From a virus: a stretch of DNA of 50,996 nucleotides. The first letter of the stretch is position 1; every line of letters starts with the position of its first letter. Shown here in pieces: positions 42,682 through 50,889 of the stretch. The notes below the pieces were generated by a model, which saw nothing but the letters and a program-made list of their open reading frames with translations, ran no database searches and had not been told where the DNA came from. The DNA is taken from the IMG/VR virus record IMGVR_UViG_3300032030_000120. One strand, 5' to 3'. The translations under genes and the position numbers were made by a program.

Positions 42682-43803
42682 TCAAGTACCGGTCAAGTAA
42701 TTCTCAAGGAGCTCGGCAGAGGATGTGTTCATCTGGTCGAGATGTGTGTATATGCTGAGCGTTGTCATGGGGTTGGCGTGTCCCATGAGATACTGAGCAT
42801 CCTTGACCGGCACACCTGCATAATAGAGCATCGTGCAGTAGTTGTGTCGGAAGACATGCGCGGTGAGTCCCGGGATTGCATTTATTTGCATAAGAGTCTT
42901 TCGCTTGGCCCTGTCATAATAATTCACTCCACCGGCAGCGGCATTGACTGCGAGCAGGATTCTCTTCCAGAGAGAGGCATAACTGTTATGTGTTACAAAA
43001 GCTCCGTCCTGCTTTGTAAAAAGATACATCCCATCTAACTCGCTGAGATATTCTGTTATTCTGTCTCTGATCGGGGACGGGATCGGGAGCGTTCGGAATC
43101 CCGCTTCGGTCTTCGGCATTGGCTTTCGCTCCGAACAGCTGTCCGTTACGAACACGATAGCTGCGTCGACCTTGACTGTCCACTTCTTCAGGTCAAATTG
43201 TCCCCGGGACAGTGCCAGAACTTCCCCTCTTCTAAGTCCGCAGTAATAGAGCAGGTCGAGAAGGATCCTGTCCGAGAGCTTCAGCTCCGCCCTTTCAACA
43301 GCGTCCTTCTCTGCATCTGTAAGAGATCTCTTTTCAGGTGCCTTATACTTCACTTTCTCCAATTTTGTGCAGGGATTCTTTATGATCATTTCCTCGGCTA
43401 TGGCCTTGCTATAGATCTGGCCAAGGGTGATGTAAAGGATTTCCTGAGTCCTCGGATTGTCAGCATACCGGTTAAGCGCAAGTTGCAGGTCGGACGTCTT
43501 CAGAGCAGACAGCGGATAATCTCCCAGAAGCGCATCGAGCTTAGCAACGGCGCTGTCATACATCTTCATTGTATTGACTGATCTGTTAGGCCTTGTCAGC
43601 TCCAGCCATTTCCCGGACCATTCCCGGAATGTTGTTACCTTGTCGACATAAAGTGTCCCGTCATGGGATGCTTTGATCAGTTCTTCTTTCTGGAGTTCAA
43701 TCTCCAAATCAGTGTAGCCGTAGACGTGGATCCGCTTTCCGTCAATCCGGATCGTGGCTTCCTTACGACCGTCAGCGCGTCTCTTGTACTTAGATTTTGC
43801 CAT
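42682..43803 (-). CDS. int: Tyrosine integrase
   Basis: C-terminal catalytic region GLRRGE...HVFRHNYCT...LMGHANPMTTLSIYTH. AAGGAGG RBS before ATG at 43803. Adjacent to attP. Confidence 0.92.
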   Translation of the reverse strand: MAKSKYKRRADGRKEATIRIDGKRIHVYGYTDLEIELQKEELIKASHDGTLYVDKVTTFREWSGKWLELTRPNRSVNTMKMYDSAVAKLDALLGDYPLSALKTSDLQLALNRYADNPRTQEILYITLGQIYSKAIAEEMIIKNPCTKLEKVKYKAPEKRSLTDAEKDAVERAELKLSDRILLDLLYYCGLRRGEVLALSRGQFDLKKWTVKVDAAIVFVTDSCSERKPMPKTEAGFRTLPIPSPIRDRITEYLSELDGMYLFTKQDGAFVTHNSYASLWKRILLAVNAAAGGVNYYDRAKRKTLMQINAIPGLTAHVFRHNYCTMLYYAGVPVKDAQYLMGHANPMTTLSIYTHLDQMNTSSAELLENYLTGT

Positions 43804-43938
43804 AAAAATAACCTCCTTAAGGGTGACTTTAAGAAGGGCATTGTGGTATACTATCAACGTGGTCGGTTGATGGTGCGCAATGCCCATTAACTAAATACCT
43901 GTTCTGCGAGTGACGGCGCGGGGCAGGTATTTTTTTGT

Positions 43939-44229
43939 TTACTCCTTTTCTCTTCTGTGCGCTCTGATCTCAATCAGGCCAGTAGGCTCGTCGGAATCAA
44001 AGTCTCCGTTGGTGATGTGGTCGACCTCGTGATTGTACGCCTCAATCTGTCCCTCCGGCGTGAGCGCGTCGCTGATACATATCGTATACCATTCGTCTTT
44101 GCGCACAACAAAACTTGATATGGTCGGCGGCGTGGCTACGATATAAACTCTCGTGTTTTCAGGTACCTTGTGTCTAAGACATCTTCTCAATAAATTGTGT
44201 GACAAAATCAATGTCCTCCGGTTTAACAT
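43939..44229 (-). CDS. Short ImmA/IrrE-like HExxH metallopeptidase (96 aa)
   Basis: YNHEVDHITNGDF motif. Lies immediately downstream of, and overlaps, the repressor gene, as in ImmR/ImmA pairs. Confidence 0.6.
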   Translation of the reverse strand: MLNRRTLILSHNLLRRCLRHKVPENTRVYIVATPPTISSFVVRKDEWYTICISDALTPEGQIEAYNHEVDHITNGDFDSDEPTGLIEIRAHRREKE

Positions 44230-44578
44230 TGGTGGCAGCCTTAAACATAACGGAGTATTCCGGATTCTTTCTGAGGCGGTCCGTTACAGCACGAACGGTC
44301 TCATCGTTATAATATTCCTGTGAATTATTTTTGTCCATCTTCTGACACGAGTGAGGACTCACGAATCGCATGGTAACGTCCGTACGTCCCATCAAGTAAT
44401 CCATATCCACATTGAAATAGTCTGCGATCTTTTCCGTCATTTCGTGGTCTGGCTCACGTGCTCCGCTTTCATACATGCTTATGGCTGACTTACTTACATT
44501 TAGTTCCTCTGCCAGCTCTCTCTGGCTCAGGTTTTTCACATTGCGCAATTCCTTTAGCCTCTCTTTAAATGTCGTCAT
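44174..44578 (-). CDS. CI-like XRE-family repressor
   Basis: ERLKELRNVKNLSQRELAEELNVSKSAISMYESGAREP HTH. GGAGGGG RBS. Divergent from the early promoter. Confidence 0.88.
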   Translation of the reverse strand: MTTFKERLKELRNVKNLSQRELAEELNVSKSAISMYESGAREPDHEMTEKIADYFNVDMDYLMGRTDVTMRFVSPHSCQKMDKNNSQEYYNDETVRAVTDRLRKNPEYSVMFKAATNVKPEDIDFVTQFIEKMS

Positions 44579-44665
44579 AATATCACACCCCTCCAGATGT
44601 ATTCTTCTTTACTATATTGTACACGCTATGTGAATTTTTTTCTATAAAAAACTTCACAAAACGTG

Positions 44666-44694
44666 TTGACAAGAGTACACGATTCGTGTATATT
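44666..44694 (+). promoter_or_regulatory. Early rightward promoter (TTGACA - 17 nt - TATATT) with an embedded operator palindrome TACACGAtTCGTGTA
   Basis: Consensus -35. The palindrome at 44676-44690 occupies the spacer and -10. A related half-site TGTACACG lies at 44618-44625. Confidence 0.7.
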
Positions 44695-44739
44695 CTTCTT
44701 ACGCCCACGAAATGTGGTCGCAGAGAGGAGATTAAGACC

Positions 44740-44967
44740 ATGTTCAAATTCAAAGTGATTTATGACAATCTTGTGACGGATGACGTCATCGAAGAAACCT
44801 TCGAAGAGAAGAACATTTCGGAAGCAGACAAGAGAGCTTACAAACATTCAAAAGGTACAGGTCTCAGTGAGGGAAATTACGATTTGTATATCGAACTTGG
44901 CGGAAACTGGATTGACACACTCATAATTCTGAAGGCTGCGGAAGAAGATGAAAACGAAAATGATTAA
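44740..44967 (+). CDS. Small acidic hypothetical protein, first gene of the early rightward transcript
   Basis: GAGGAGATTAAGACC-ATG. C-terminal AAEEDENEND. Confidence 0.6.
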   Translation: MFKFKVIYDNLVTDDVIEETFEEKNISEADKRAYKHSKGTGLSEGNYDLYIELGGNWIDTLIILKAAEEDENEND

Positions 44968-45166
44968 GCTGTACGTGAATAACCGCGGCTGGGTGATGGG
45001 GCTTATCCGCGACAAGGACGAAGAAGTCGTCGGGCTGAGATTCGTCAACAGCAAAGAAGGCGCGAAACCCTTCAGGGAGAGCTGGTATGTAGACCCCGAC
45101 CTGTACGACGCGCTGTACTACATTGAGAATCAGCTGAAATGCAACTATGACAGGGTTGCGTGCTGA
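44948..45166 (+). CDS. Small hypothetical protein
   Basis: Overlaps the upstream gene end. An alternative start lies at 44960. Confidence 0.5.
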   Translation: MKTKMIKLYVNNRGWVMGLIRDKDEEVVGLRFVNSKEGAKPFRESWYVDPDLYDALYYIENQLKCNYDRVAC

Positions 45167-45187
45167 GAAGTGGGAGGAGATTAAGAC

Positions 45188-45406
45188 ATGAAAGAAAATA
45201 CATTCATCCTTTGCCAGCGCCTGTTGAAGCTGGTGCAGGCTACGAGAGCCGGAGCAGATGTCATAGACATTGAATACTTCAGCAACGTTCATACCGATGA
45301 TGCACATGTGGATATCACATGGGCGAGCGGATACACCAAAAGAGTTGATGTAACCGGTGATAGCGGAATCGCTATGATCCGCGACATCATACAGTGTCTT
45401 GATTAA
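45188..45406 (+). CDS. Small hypothetical protein
   Basis: GGGAGGAGATTAAGAC-ATG, a conserved RBS context. Confidence 0.55.
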   Translation: MKENTFILCQRLLKLVQATRAGADVIDIEYFSNVHTDDAHVDITWASGYTKRVDVTGDSGIAMIRDIIQCLD

Positions 45407-45650
45407 TCGGTAAACACGCAGGAAGCATTGTACGAATTGCAACGAAATTGGGGTTTTGATTTCAAATCCTGCGATGCTTATAAAAATTCAAAGAAAGGAG
45501 GTAAAGGTCATGTGAATATAAACGGTCCTAAATAACGGCACAGGCTATGGACACAATCATACACCCGTAACTATAGCAGTCTTATTAAGGGCCAACGCCA
45601 AAATGCATAACAAACAAGGGCGGCAATCGTGCTGTGGCCGCCCTTTATAA

Positions 45651-45730
45651 CGAAACGTAGCTCAATGGCAGAGCACTCAGGGCGGTTGGAATATCTTGAG
45701 GATGAGCAGGTTCGATTCCTGCCGTTCCGA
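45651..45730 (+). tRNA. tRNA-like element with a non-canonical anticodon arm (possible pseudo-tRNA or tRNA mimic)
   Basis: Acceptor CGAAACG/CGTTCCG (one A:C mismatch). D-arm GCTC-AATGGCA-GAGC. T-arm GCAGG-TTCGATT-CCTGC. The anticodon stem CTCAGG/CTTGAG encloses 13 nt instead of 7. Confidence 0.45.
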
Positions 45731-45777
45731 TTCCCGGTAGCATACCGGAAATACAAAACTTATAGAAAGGAGGACAT

Positions 45778-45978
45778 ATGGACAAGGGTAAGATCGCAGA
45801 GAGACTGATTGCTTTGAGGGGGAGCAAAACTCAGACAGAAGTAGCACAGGCCATCGGGGTAACACCTTCGGCGTACAGTATGTACGAGAACGGCGAGAGA
45901 GTGCCGCGCGACGAAATCAAAAAGAAAATCGCAGAATACTACAAGAAGTCCGTGGCGACTATTTTTTTTGCGGATTAA
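45778..45978 (+). CDS. Cro-like XRE-family HTH protein
   Basis: KTQTEVAQAIGVTPSAYSMYENGERVP. AAAGGAGG RBS. Confidence 0.8.
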   Translation: MDKGKIAERLIALRGSKTQTEVAQAIGVTPSAYSMYENGERVPRDEIKKKIAEYYKKSVATIFFAD

Positions 45979-46012
45979 GCCCACATTTTGTGGGCGGAAA
46001 GGAGACTAAGAC

Positions 46013-46258
46013 ATGAAACAGGTAATGAGCTTCACACAGCTCGTGGGCATTGGGTACTCCAAGAGCCAGCTGAAGCGGTATTCCCAGGAAGAAGACTTCC
46101 CCGGCTACAAGACACCCGGGGGCGGGAAATGGCTTGTCTACGTTGACGACCTTCCCGACTGGATTGAGAGATTCAATCTGAGGCAGAACAACTTATCCGA
46201 GACGGTCAAGCGGTCGATGCGACGGAGGATCTTCGGAAGAAGGAGAAGAACAGCATGA
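46013..46258 (+). CDS. Excisionase-like / MerR-type HTH DNA-binding protein
   Basis: MSFTQLVGIGYSKSQLKRYSQEEDFPGYKTPGGGKWLVYVDDLPDWI resembles the HTH_17/Xis family. Confidence 0.55.
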   Translation: MKQVMSFTQLVGIGYSKSQLKRYSQEEDFPGYKTPGGGKWLVYVDDLPDWIERFNLRQNNLSETVKRSMRRRIFGRRRRTA

Positions 46259-46530
46259 GAGAAATAGAATACGCAGTCGATTTTAATGCATCTCCTGCTC
46301 GGACAAAGTTCACAATCAAAGTTCCTATTTACGGAGGCACCGCTGCCAAAGCATTTGTCAGGGATGCCAAGAGCAGAAACCCGTTCTTCCTGTTTGATGG
46401 TGCGCGGCATGATCTGACGGAAGAGGAGAAGAAGTACATTAACAGTGTACTGGATGAGGTTAAAAAGGTATCAGCAAATCAGAACAGGAAGGGAGACGGA
46501 ATATGTTCGAAGAGTTTGACAAGAGTCTGA
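46255..46530 (+). CDS. Hypothetical protein (91 aa)
   Basis: ATGA coupling. Confidence 0.5.
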   Translation: MREIEYAVDFNASPARTKFTIKVPIYGGTAAKAFVRDAKSRNPFFLFDGARHDLTEEEKKYINSVLDEVKKVSANQNRKGDGICSKSLTRV

Positions 46531-46622
46531 TTGACAGGTTTTTCGAGGGTGTCGCGATGGGAATGGGAGCGGCAACGATCTCAGTTGCGTTCGTAGTACT
46601 TCTGTTCTTCGTGATGTATTGA
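46503..46622 (+). CDS. Small membrane peptide (39 aa)
   Basis: Hand translation MFEEFDKSLIDRFFEGVAMGMGAATISVAFVVLLFFVMY. GGAGACGGA upstream. Confidence 0.35.
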   Translation: MFEEFDKSLIDRFFEGVAMGMGAATISVAFVVLLFFVMY

Positions 46623-46639
46623 TGCAGAGGGGGTGCGAT

Positions 46640-46762
46640 ATGACACCGGAATCAATCATCGAGGCAAACACAGTAGCTTTTATCTTCGCATTGGTCACAG
46701 TCATCGAGTGCGCTGTTGCAGCATTCACGATTTTGTCGGTAATAAGCGCAATAAAAAATTGA
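46640..46762 (+). CDS. Small membrane peptide (40 aa)
   Basis: Hand translation MTPESIIEANTVAFIFALVTVIECAVAAFTILSVISAIKN. GAGGGGG upstream. Confidence 0.35.
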   Translation: MTPESIIEANTVAFIFALVTVIECAVAAFTILSVISAIKN

Positions 46763-46829
46763 GCTACCAGGGAACGGGAAAGAACCAGAGCAGCTCAATT
46801 CGATGAGGTTAGAAAGATTATAGCAGACT

Positions 46830-47510
46830 ATGGAAACAAATGCAAATTATGAACTGTCCTATGAAATCATCGATTGTAGGGATCATGAAGGATGGCTGAA
46901 AGGCAGGTACCGCGGGATTGGCGGGAGTGACGCCAGCGCAATAGTTGGAAAGAACCCTTACAAGGATAACATCCAGCTCTTTGAAGAGAAAACAGGGAGA
47001 GTTATTCCCGAGGACATTTCCGGAAAGCCTTATGTGCAATATGGCCACGACGCGGAGCCGCTGATCAGGCAGCTCTTCGCGCTGGACTATCCAGAGTACG
47101 AAGTAATCTACCATGATTGGCGGATACTCCGGTCGAAAAAATACCCATTCTTGCAGGCTTCACTTGACGGGGAGCTGAGAGAGAAGGCAACAGGCCGGAT
47201 GGGAATCCTCGAAATCAAGACCACCAATATTCTTCAGAGTATGCAGAAGGAAAAGTGGAAGGACAGGATACCGGATAACTACTACATCCAGTGCTTACAT
47301 TATCTGCTTGTTACGGGATATGGCTTCGTGATTCTCCGGGCACTCCTTCGGAGCGACTGGGGTGATGACAGAAGGGCAACAATCAAGAATTACAGAATCG
47401 AGAGGGCTGAGGTCCAAGAGGATCTCGATTACCTTCTCACAGAAGAGATCAAATTTTGGCAGTATGTTGAAGCCGGAAGGAGACCGGCTCTGGTACTGCC
47501 GGACATATAA
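46830..47510 (+). CDS. YqaJ-like recombination exonuclease
   Basis: RGIGGSDASAIVGKNPYK N-terminal signature. Acidic/Lys catalytic residues (DGEL...LEIKT). Confidence 0.85.
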   Translation: METNANYELSYEIIDCRDHEGWLKGRYRGIGGSDASAIVGKNPYKDNIQLFEEKTGRVIPEDISGKPYVQYGHDAEPLIRQLFALDYPEYEVIYHDWRILRSKKYPFLQASLDGELREKATGRMGILEIKTTNILQSMQKEKWKDRIPDNYYIQCLHYLLVTGYGFVILRALLRSDWGDDRRATIKNYRIERAEVQEDLDYLLTEEIKFWQYVEAGRRPALVLPDI

Positions 47511-47529
47511 AGAAAGGAGATAGAAACAG

Positions 47530-48426
47530 ATGCAGATGGAGATTATCTCTCCGCAGGAAGGCGGATTCCTCACAGAAATCAAGTGGAACAATGAGGAACT
47601 GCTCCGGGAGATCAAAGAGAAAACGGCAGAGTATACCGGCGTTATCTACTCAGATGAAGGGTGGATCAAGACAGCCAAGTCCGACAGGTCAAAACTCAAC
47701 AAGCTGAGAACTTCCATCGAGACTGAACGTAAGCGCATAAAGGCACAGGTCCTTGCTCCGTATGAGGAGTTTGAGAAACAGGTCAAGGAAGTCATTGCTC
47801 CTATCGATGAAGCAATCGCTTCTATCGACAAACAGTTGAAGGCTGCCGATGAGAAGGCAAGAGCCGAGAAGATGGACGAAATCAGAGAAGCGTTCATCGA
47901 GGAAGGATTCCAGGGCTTTGTCGAGTTGGAGATGATCTTCAATGACAAGTGGCTCAATAAGACATACTCGATGAGCCAGATTAAGCAGGAGATGGAGTCA
48001 AAGAAGTACGAGATCGGCACAGCAGTCCTCACCATCCATAATCTTCATGAGTACAGTTTTGAGGCTATGGACTACTACAAGAAGACTCTTGATCTCGCTG
48101 CCTCGCTCTCTGAAGCGCAGAGACTCGTAGACCTTCAGAGACACAAGGAAGAGGCGCAGAAAGCCGAAGAGGAGCGCAGACGCAAGGCAGAGGAAGCGAG
48201 GTTCGCTCTGGCAGAAGAAGCGCGGAGAGCCGAAGAGGAGCAGAGAAAGCAGCTTGAAGCTCAGAAGGCTCAGGAGCAGCAGGCAGTGCCGCCCGAACCG
48301 CCGGCACCTGCTCCCGAGGAAAAGATATACCAGATTGATTTCCGGGTATGGGGAACGAAGGAGCAGATCACGGCACTCAGACAGTATCTCATTGACAGCC
48401 ACATCAAAGTAGGAAAGGTAAGGTGA
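47530..48426 (+). CDS. DUF1351-family protein (recombination-module accessory)
   Basis: N-terminal IKWNNEELLREIKEKTAEY...SDRSKLNKLR pattern and a Glu/Lys/Ala coiled coil. Sits between YqaJ and RecT. Confidence 0.65.
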   Translation: MQMEIISPQEGGFLTEIKWNNEELLREIKEKTAEYTGVIYSDEGWIKTAKSDRSKLNKLRTSIETERKRIKAQVLAPYEEFEKQVKEVIAPIDEAIASIDKQLKAADEKARAEKMDEIREAFIEEGFQGFVELEMIFNDKWLNKTYSMSQIKQEMESKKYEIGTAVLTIHNLHEYSFEAMDYYKKTLDLAASLSEAQRLVDLQRHKEEAQKAEEERRRKAEEARFALAEEARRAEEEQRKQLEAQKAQEQQAVPPEPPAPAPEEKIYQIDFRVWGTKEQITALRQYLIDSHIKVGKVR

Positions 48427-48430
48427 TGTA

Positions 48431-49387
48431 ATGGCAGTACAGAACAGTCTTGCGAAGAATAAGAAAGTAGGTCTTACGGCTTACCTCACGGGTGATGCGG
48501 TGAAAGCGCAGATCTCAAAAGTCGTTGGCGGAAAGAACGGCGACCAGTTCGTCAGTTCCGTTATCGCTGCGGTTCAGCAGAACCCTCAGCTGAAGGAATG
48601 CAGTAATCCTTCAATCCTGTCGGCAGCTCTTCAGGGGCATGCCCTCAAGCTCTCACCTTCACCTCAGCTTGGCCAGTATTACATGGTTCCTTTCAAGGAT
48701 AAGCGCAGAGGGACAACAGAAGCACAGTTTCAGCTCGGCTACAAGGGATATGTACAGCTTGCCATCCGTTCGGGGTATTACAAGAAGCTGAACGTCCTGG
48801 CCATCAAGGAAGGCGAGCTTATCAGATATGATCCGCTCAGTGAAGATATTGAAGTACAGCTGATCGAAGACGATGTCGAACGTGAGAATGCACCGACTAC
48901 CGGATACTTTGCAATGTTCGAATATGAGAACGGATTCAGAAAGACTATGTACTGGAGCAAGCAGAAGATGGCTGCACATGCAGAGAAGTACAGCTTCGCA
49001 TTCGCACGGAATGGCGGCCTCAAGTCGCTTGAAGCTCTGGAAGCCGGGAAGATTCCGGAGAAGGATATGTGGAAGTATTCTTCATTCTGGTTCAAGGATT
49101 TTGACGCGATGGCACTCAAGACCATGCTCCGCCAGCTGATCAGCAAGTGGGGCATCATGTCAATCGATATGCAGAAGGGATATGAAAGCGATATCGGGAT
49201 GGTCACTCGTGAAGACGGCACTGTTGAATATGTAGATGTAGAAAACGGTGTTGCTGAAGACGATGGCGACAAGATCGTAGACATGCCGGAAGGACACGGC
49301 GAAGTCGTACAGGAACAGCCGGCAACGGCTCCTGCAGAACCCGCTGCATCAGCTGACGACGATGATCCCTTCGCAGATTTTTCATAA
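48431..49387 (+). CDS. recT: RecT-family single-strand annealing protein
   Basis: QFQLGYKGYVQLAIRSG and WSKQKMAAHAEKYS signatures. Acidic C-terminus. Confidence 0.88.
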   Translation: MAVQNSLAKNKKVGLTAYLTGDAVKAQISKVVGGKNGDQFVSSVIAAVQQNPQLKECSNPSILSAALQGHALKLSPSPQLGQYYMVPFKDKRRGTTEAQFQLGYKGYVQLAIRSGYYKKLNVLAIKEGELIRYDPLSEDIEVQLIEDDVERENAPTTGYFAMFEYENGFRKTMYWSKQKMAAHAEKYSFAFARNGGLKSLEALEAGKIPEKDMWKYSSFWFKDFDAMALKTMLRQLISKWGIMSIDMQKGYESDIGMVTREDGTVEYVDVENGVAEDDGDKIVDMPEGHGEVVQEQPATAPAEPAASADDDDPFADFS

Positions 49388-49509
49388 TAAGCAAATGAGT
49401 TTTATTCCTCATTAAATTCATACTCGTTCATTTAGCATAAAATCCTTCTGGCCCACTTATCAAGCTCTCACAGGCATCGGGCCAGAAGGGGAAAGGAGAT
49501 GATTGGCAC

Positions 49510-49938
49510 ATGGGAAAGAGCATATCATTCTTTGTCCCCGGACCGCCCAAAGGAAAAGCCAGGGTAAAAGTCACGAAATTCGGAAACCATACCCCGGAAG
49601 GAACACTTCTTTATGAGAACTTTATCAAAACATGTTTCCTTGAAGCCTACGGGAAAACAGGGGTCATGTATCCCGATAAAGAACCGGTCAGCATATGCAT
49701 CAACGCATTCTTCGGGATTCCGAACAGCGCATCTAAGAAGAAAGCAGCTCTTATGGCAAGCAACGAAATCTTACCCACCAAGAAGCCTGATATCGACAAC
49801 ATCGGAAAAGTCGTTGCTGATGCTCTGAACGGTATCGCCTACAAAGACGATACGCAGATCGTAGACCTTCACATTCAGAAGAGATACACAGAAGAATCAG
49901 AAGGACTGATGATCCTTATCGACGAAGCACCAGCATAA
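49510..49938 (+). CDS. rusA: RusA-family Holliday junction resolvase
   Basis: PPKGKAR...KKPDIDNIGKVVADALNGIAYKDDTQIVDL. Confidence 0.88.
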   Translation: MGKSISFFVPGPPKGKARVKVTKFGNHTPEGTLLYENFIKTCFLEAYGKTGVMYPDKEPVSICINAFFGIPNSASKKKAALMASNEILPTKKPDIDNIGKVVADALNGIAYKDDTQIVDLHIQKRYTEESEGLMILIDEAPA

Positions 49939-49965
49939 CAGCAATTTTGGGAGAAAGGGCCACGG

Positions 49966-50889
49966 ATGGGAAGACCACGAAAAAAAGGCCTCGATTATTT
50001 CCCCTTCGACACTGATTTTTTTTCAGATCCAAAGATACGCATTCTGAAAGCTCGCTTTGGTACGGATGGCATTGGAGTATACATCTACATCCTCTGCGAC
50101 ATTTACAGACAGAATGGGTACTACTTGCAGGTAGATGACGATCTTGAGTTCATCATAGCGGATGAACTTAAATTGTCGCCTGAGAAGGTCAAGCAGGTTT
50201 TGGCATACTTGTATAGCCGGTCACTACTGATAAAAAGAGATATCAGCATACTTGCTACTCCGGTCACTGTCGTAACCTCTACCGGGATACAGAGACGATA
50301 TCAACAGGCAGTAAAAGACAGAGCCTCAAAGAATGTCGTCGAAGTCAGATCCGACGTCTGGCTTTTGTCAAGTGATGAAACCGAGACGTCTATTAAAGTG
50401 TTGCCTTCTCTAGATAAATCGGAGAAAAATGAGGGTTTTTCGGAGAAAAACGGGGGTAATTCGGGGAATAAGTGCACAAATAAAATAAAAGAAAATAAAT
50501 ATATAGATATATATACGCCTTCGGCGGATCCCACTGTGTATTTTGATGATTCAGCCCTTAATACTGCATTCGCTGGCTATCTTCAGATGCGGAAAGACCT
50601 CGGCCAAACGCTGACCAAGACACAGATTGAACTGCTGATCTCCTCGGTACTGAAGCTTACCGAAGACAACGAGGAACGTGTCAAGATTGTCAAAGAAGCG
50701 ACCATTCATGGATGGAAAGGGTTTTACCCACTGAAGAAAGAAGCACCGAAGAAGTCATCTTCAACCGGAAGCAATTCCAAACCGAGAAAAAGAAAGAACG
50801 GATTTAATGATTTCGAGCAGCGTACATATGACAAATCGCTCGAAAGCAAGCTTTTAAGCATAAATAACGAAGGAGATAACGATGGCTAA
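49966..50889 (+). CDS. Replication organizer / initiator (DUF4373, Lin1244/Lin1753-like N-terminal domain)
   Basis: MGRPRKKGLDYFPFDTDFFSDPKIRILKARFGTDGIGVYIYILCDIY. Confidence 0.82.
   Translation: MGRPRKKGLDYFPFDTDFFSDPKIRILKARFGTDGIGVYIYILCDIYRQNGYYLQVDDDLEFIIADELKLSPEKVKQVLAYLYSRSLLIKRDISILATPVTVVTSTGIQRRYQQAVKDRASKNVVEVRSDVWLLSSDETETSIKVLPSLDKSEKNEGFSEKNGGNSGNKCTNKIKENKYIDIYTPSADPTVYFDDSALNTAFAGYLQMRKDLGQTLTKTQIELLISSVLKLTEDNEERVKIVKEATIHGWKGFYPLKKEAPKKSSSTGSNSKPRKRKNGFNDFEQRTYDKSLESKLLSINNEGDNDG
50419..50513. promoter_or_regulatory. Putative replication origin inside the initiator gene: three 21-bp-phased iterons plus an AT-rich tract
   Basis: TCGGAGAAAAATGAGGGT (50419), TCGGAGAAAAACGGGGGT (50440) and TCGGGGAATAAGTGC (50461), then caaataaaataaaagaaaataaatatatagatatatata. 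Confidence 0.55.

Noticed and set aside
42552-42758. 68-aa plus-strand ORF across the attP right arm and into the integrase 3' end
   Set aside because: It is composed of the arm-type and tandem repeats and overlaps int antisense. The region is better explained as recombinase-binding DNA.
43890-43936. Hairpin AATACCTG...CAGGTATT with a T-run on the + strand between int and the ImmA-like gene, considered as a terminator
   Set aside because: The T-run is on the strand opposite to the flanking genes and the loop is 22 nt. It might terminate antisense transcription or serve the minus strand weakly. That is too ambiguous to annotate.
49444-49489. 11-bp perfect inverted repeat CCTTCTGGCCC / GGGCCAGAAGG upstream of rusA, considered as a terminator or ori element
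   Set aside because: The loop is 24 nt and no T-run follows. It abuts the rusA RBS, so it may modulate translation, but there is no further support. It is noted only.
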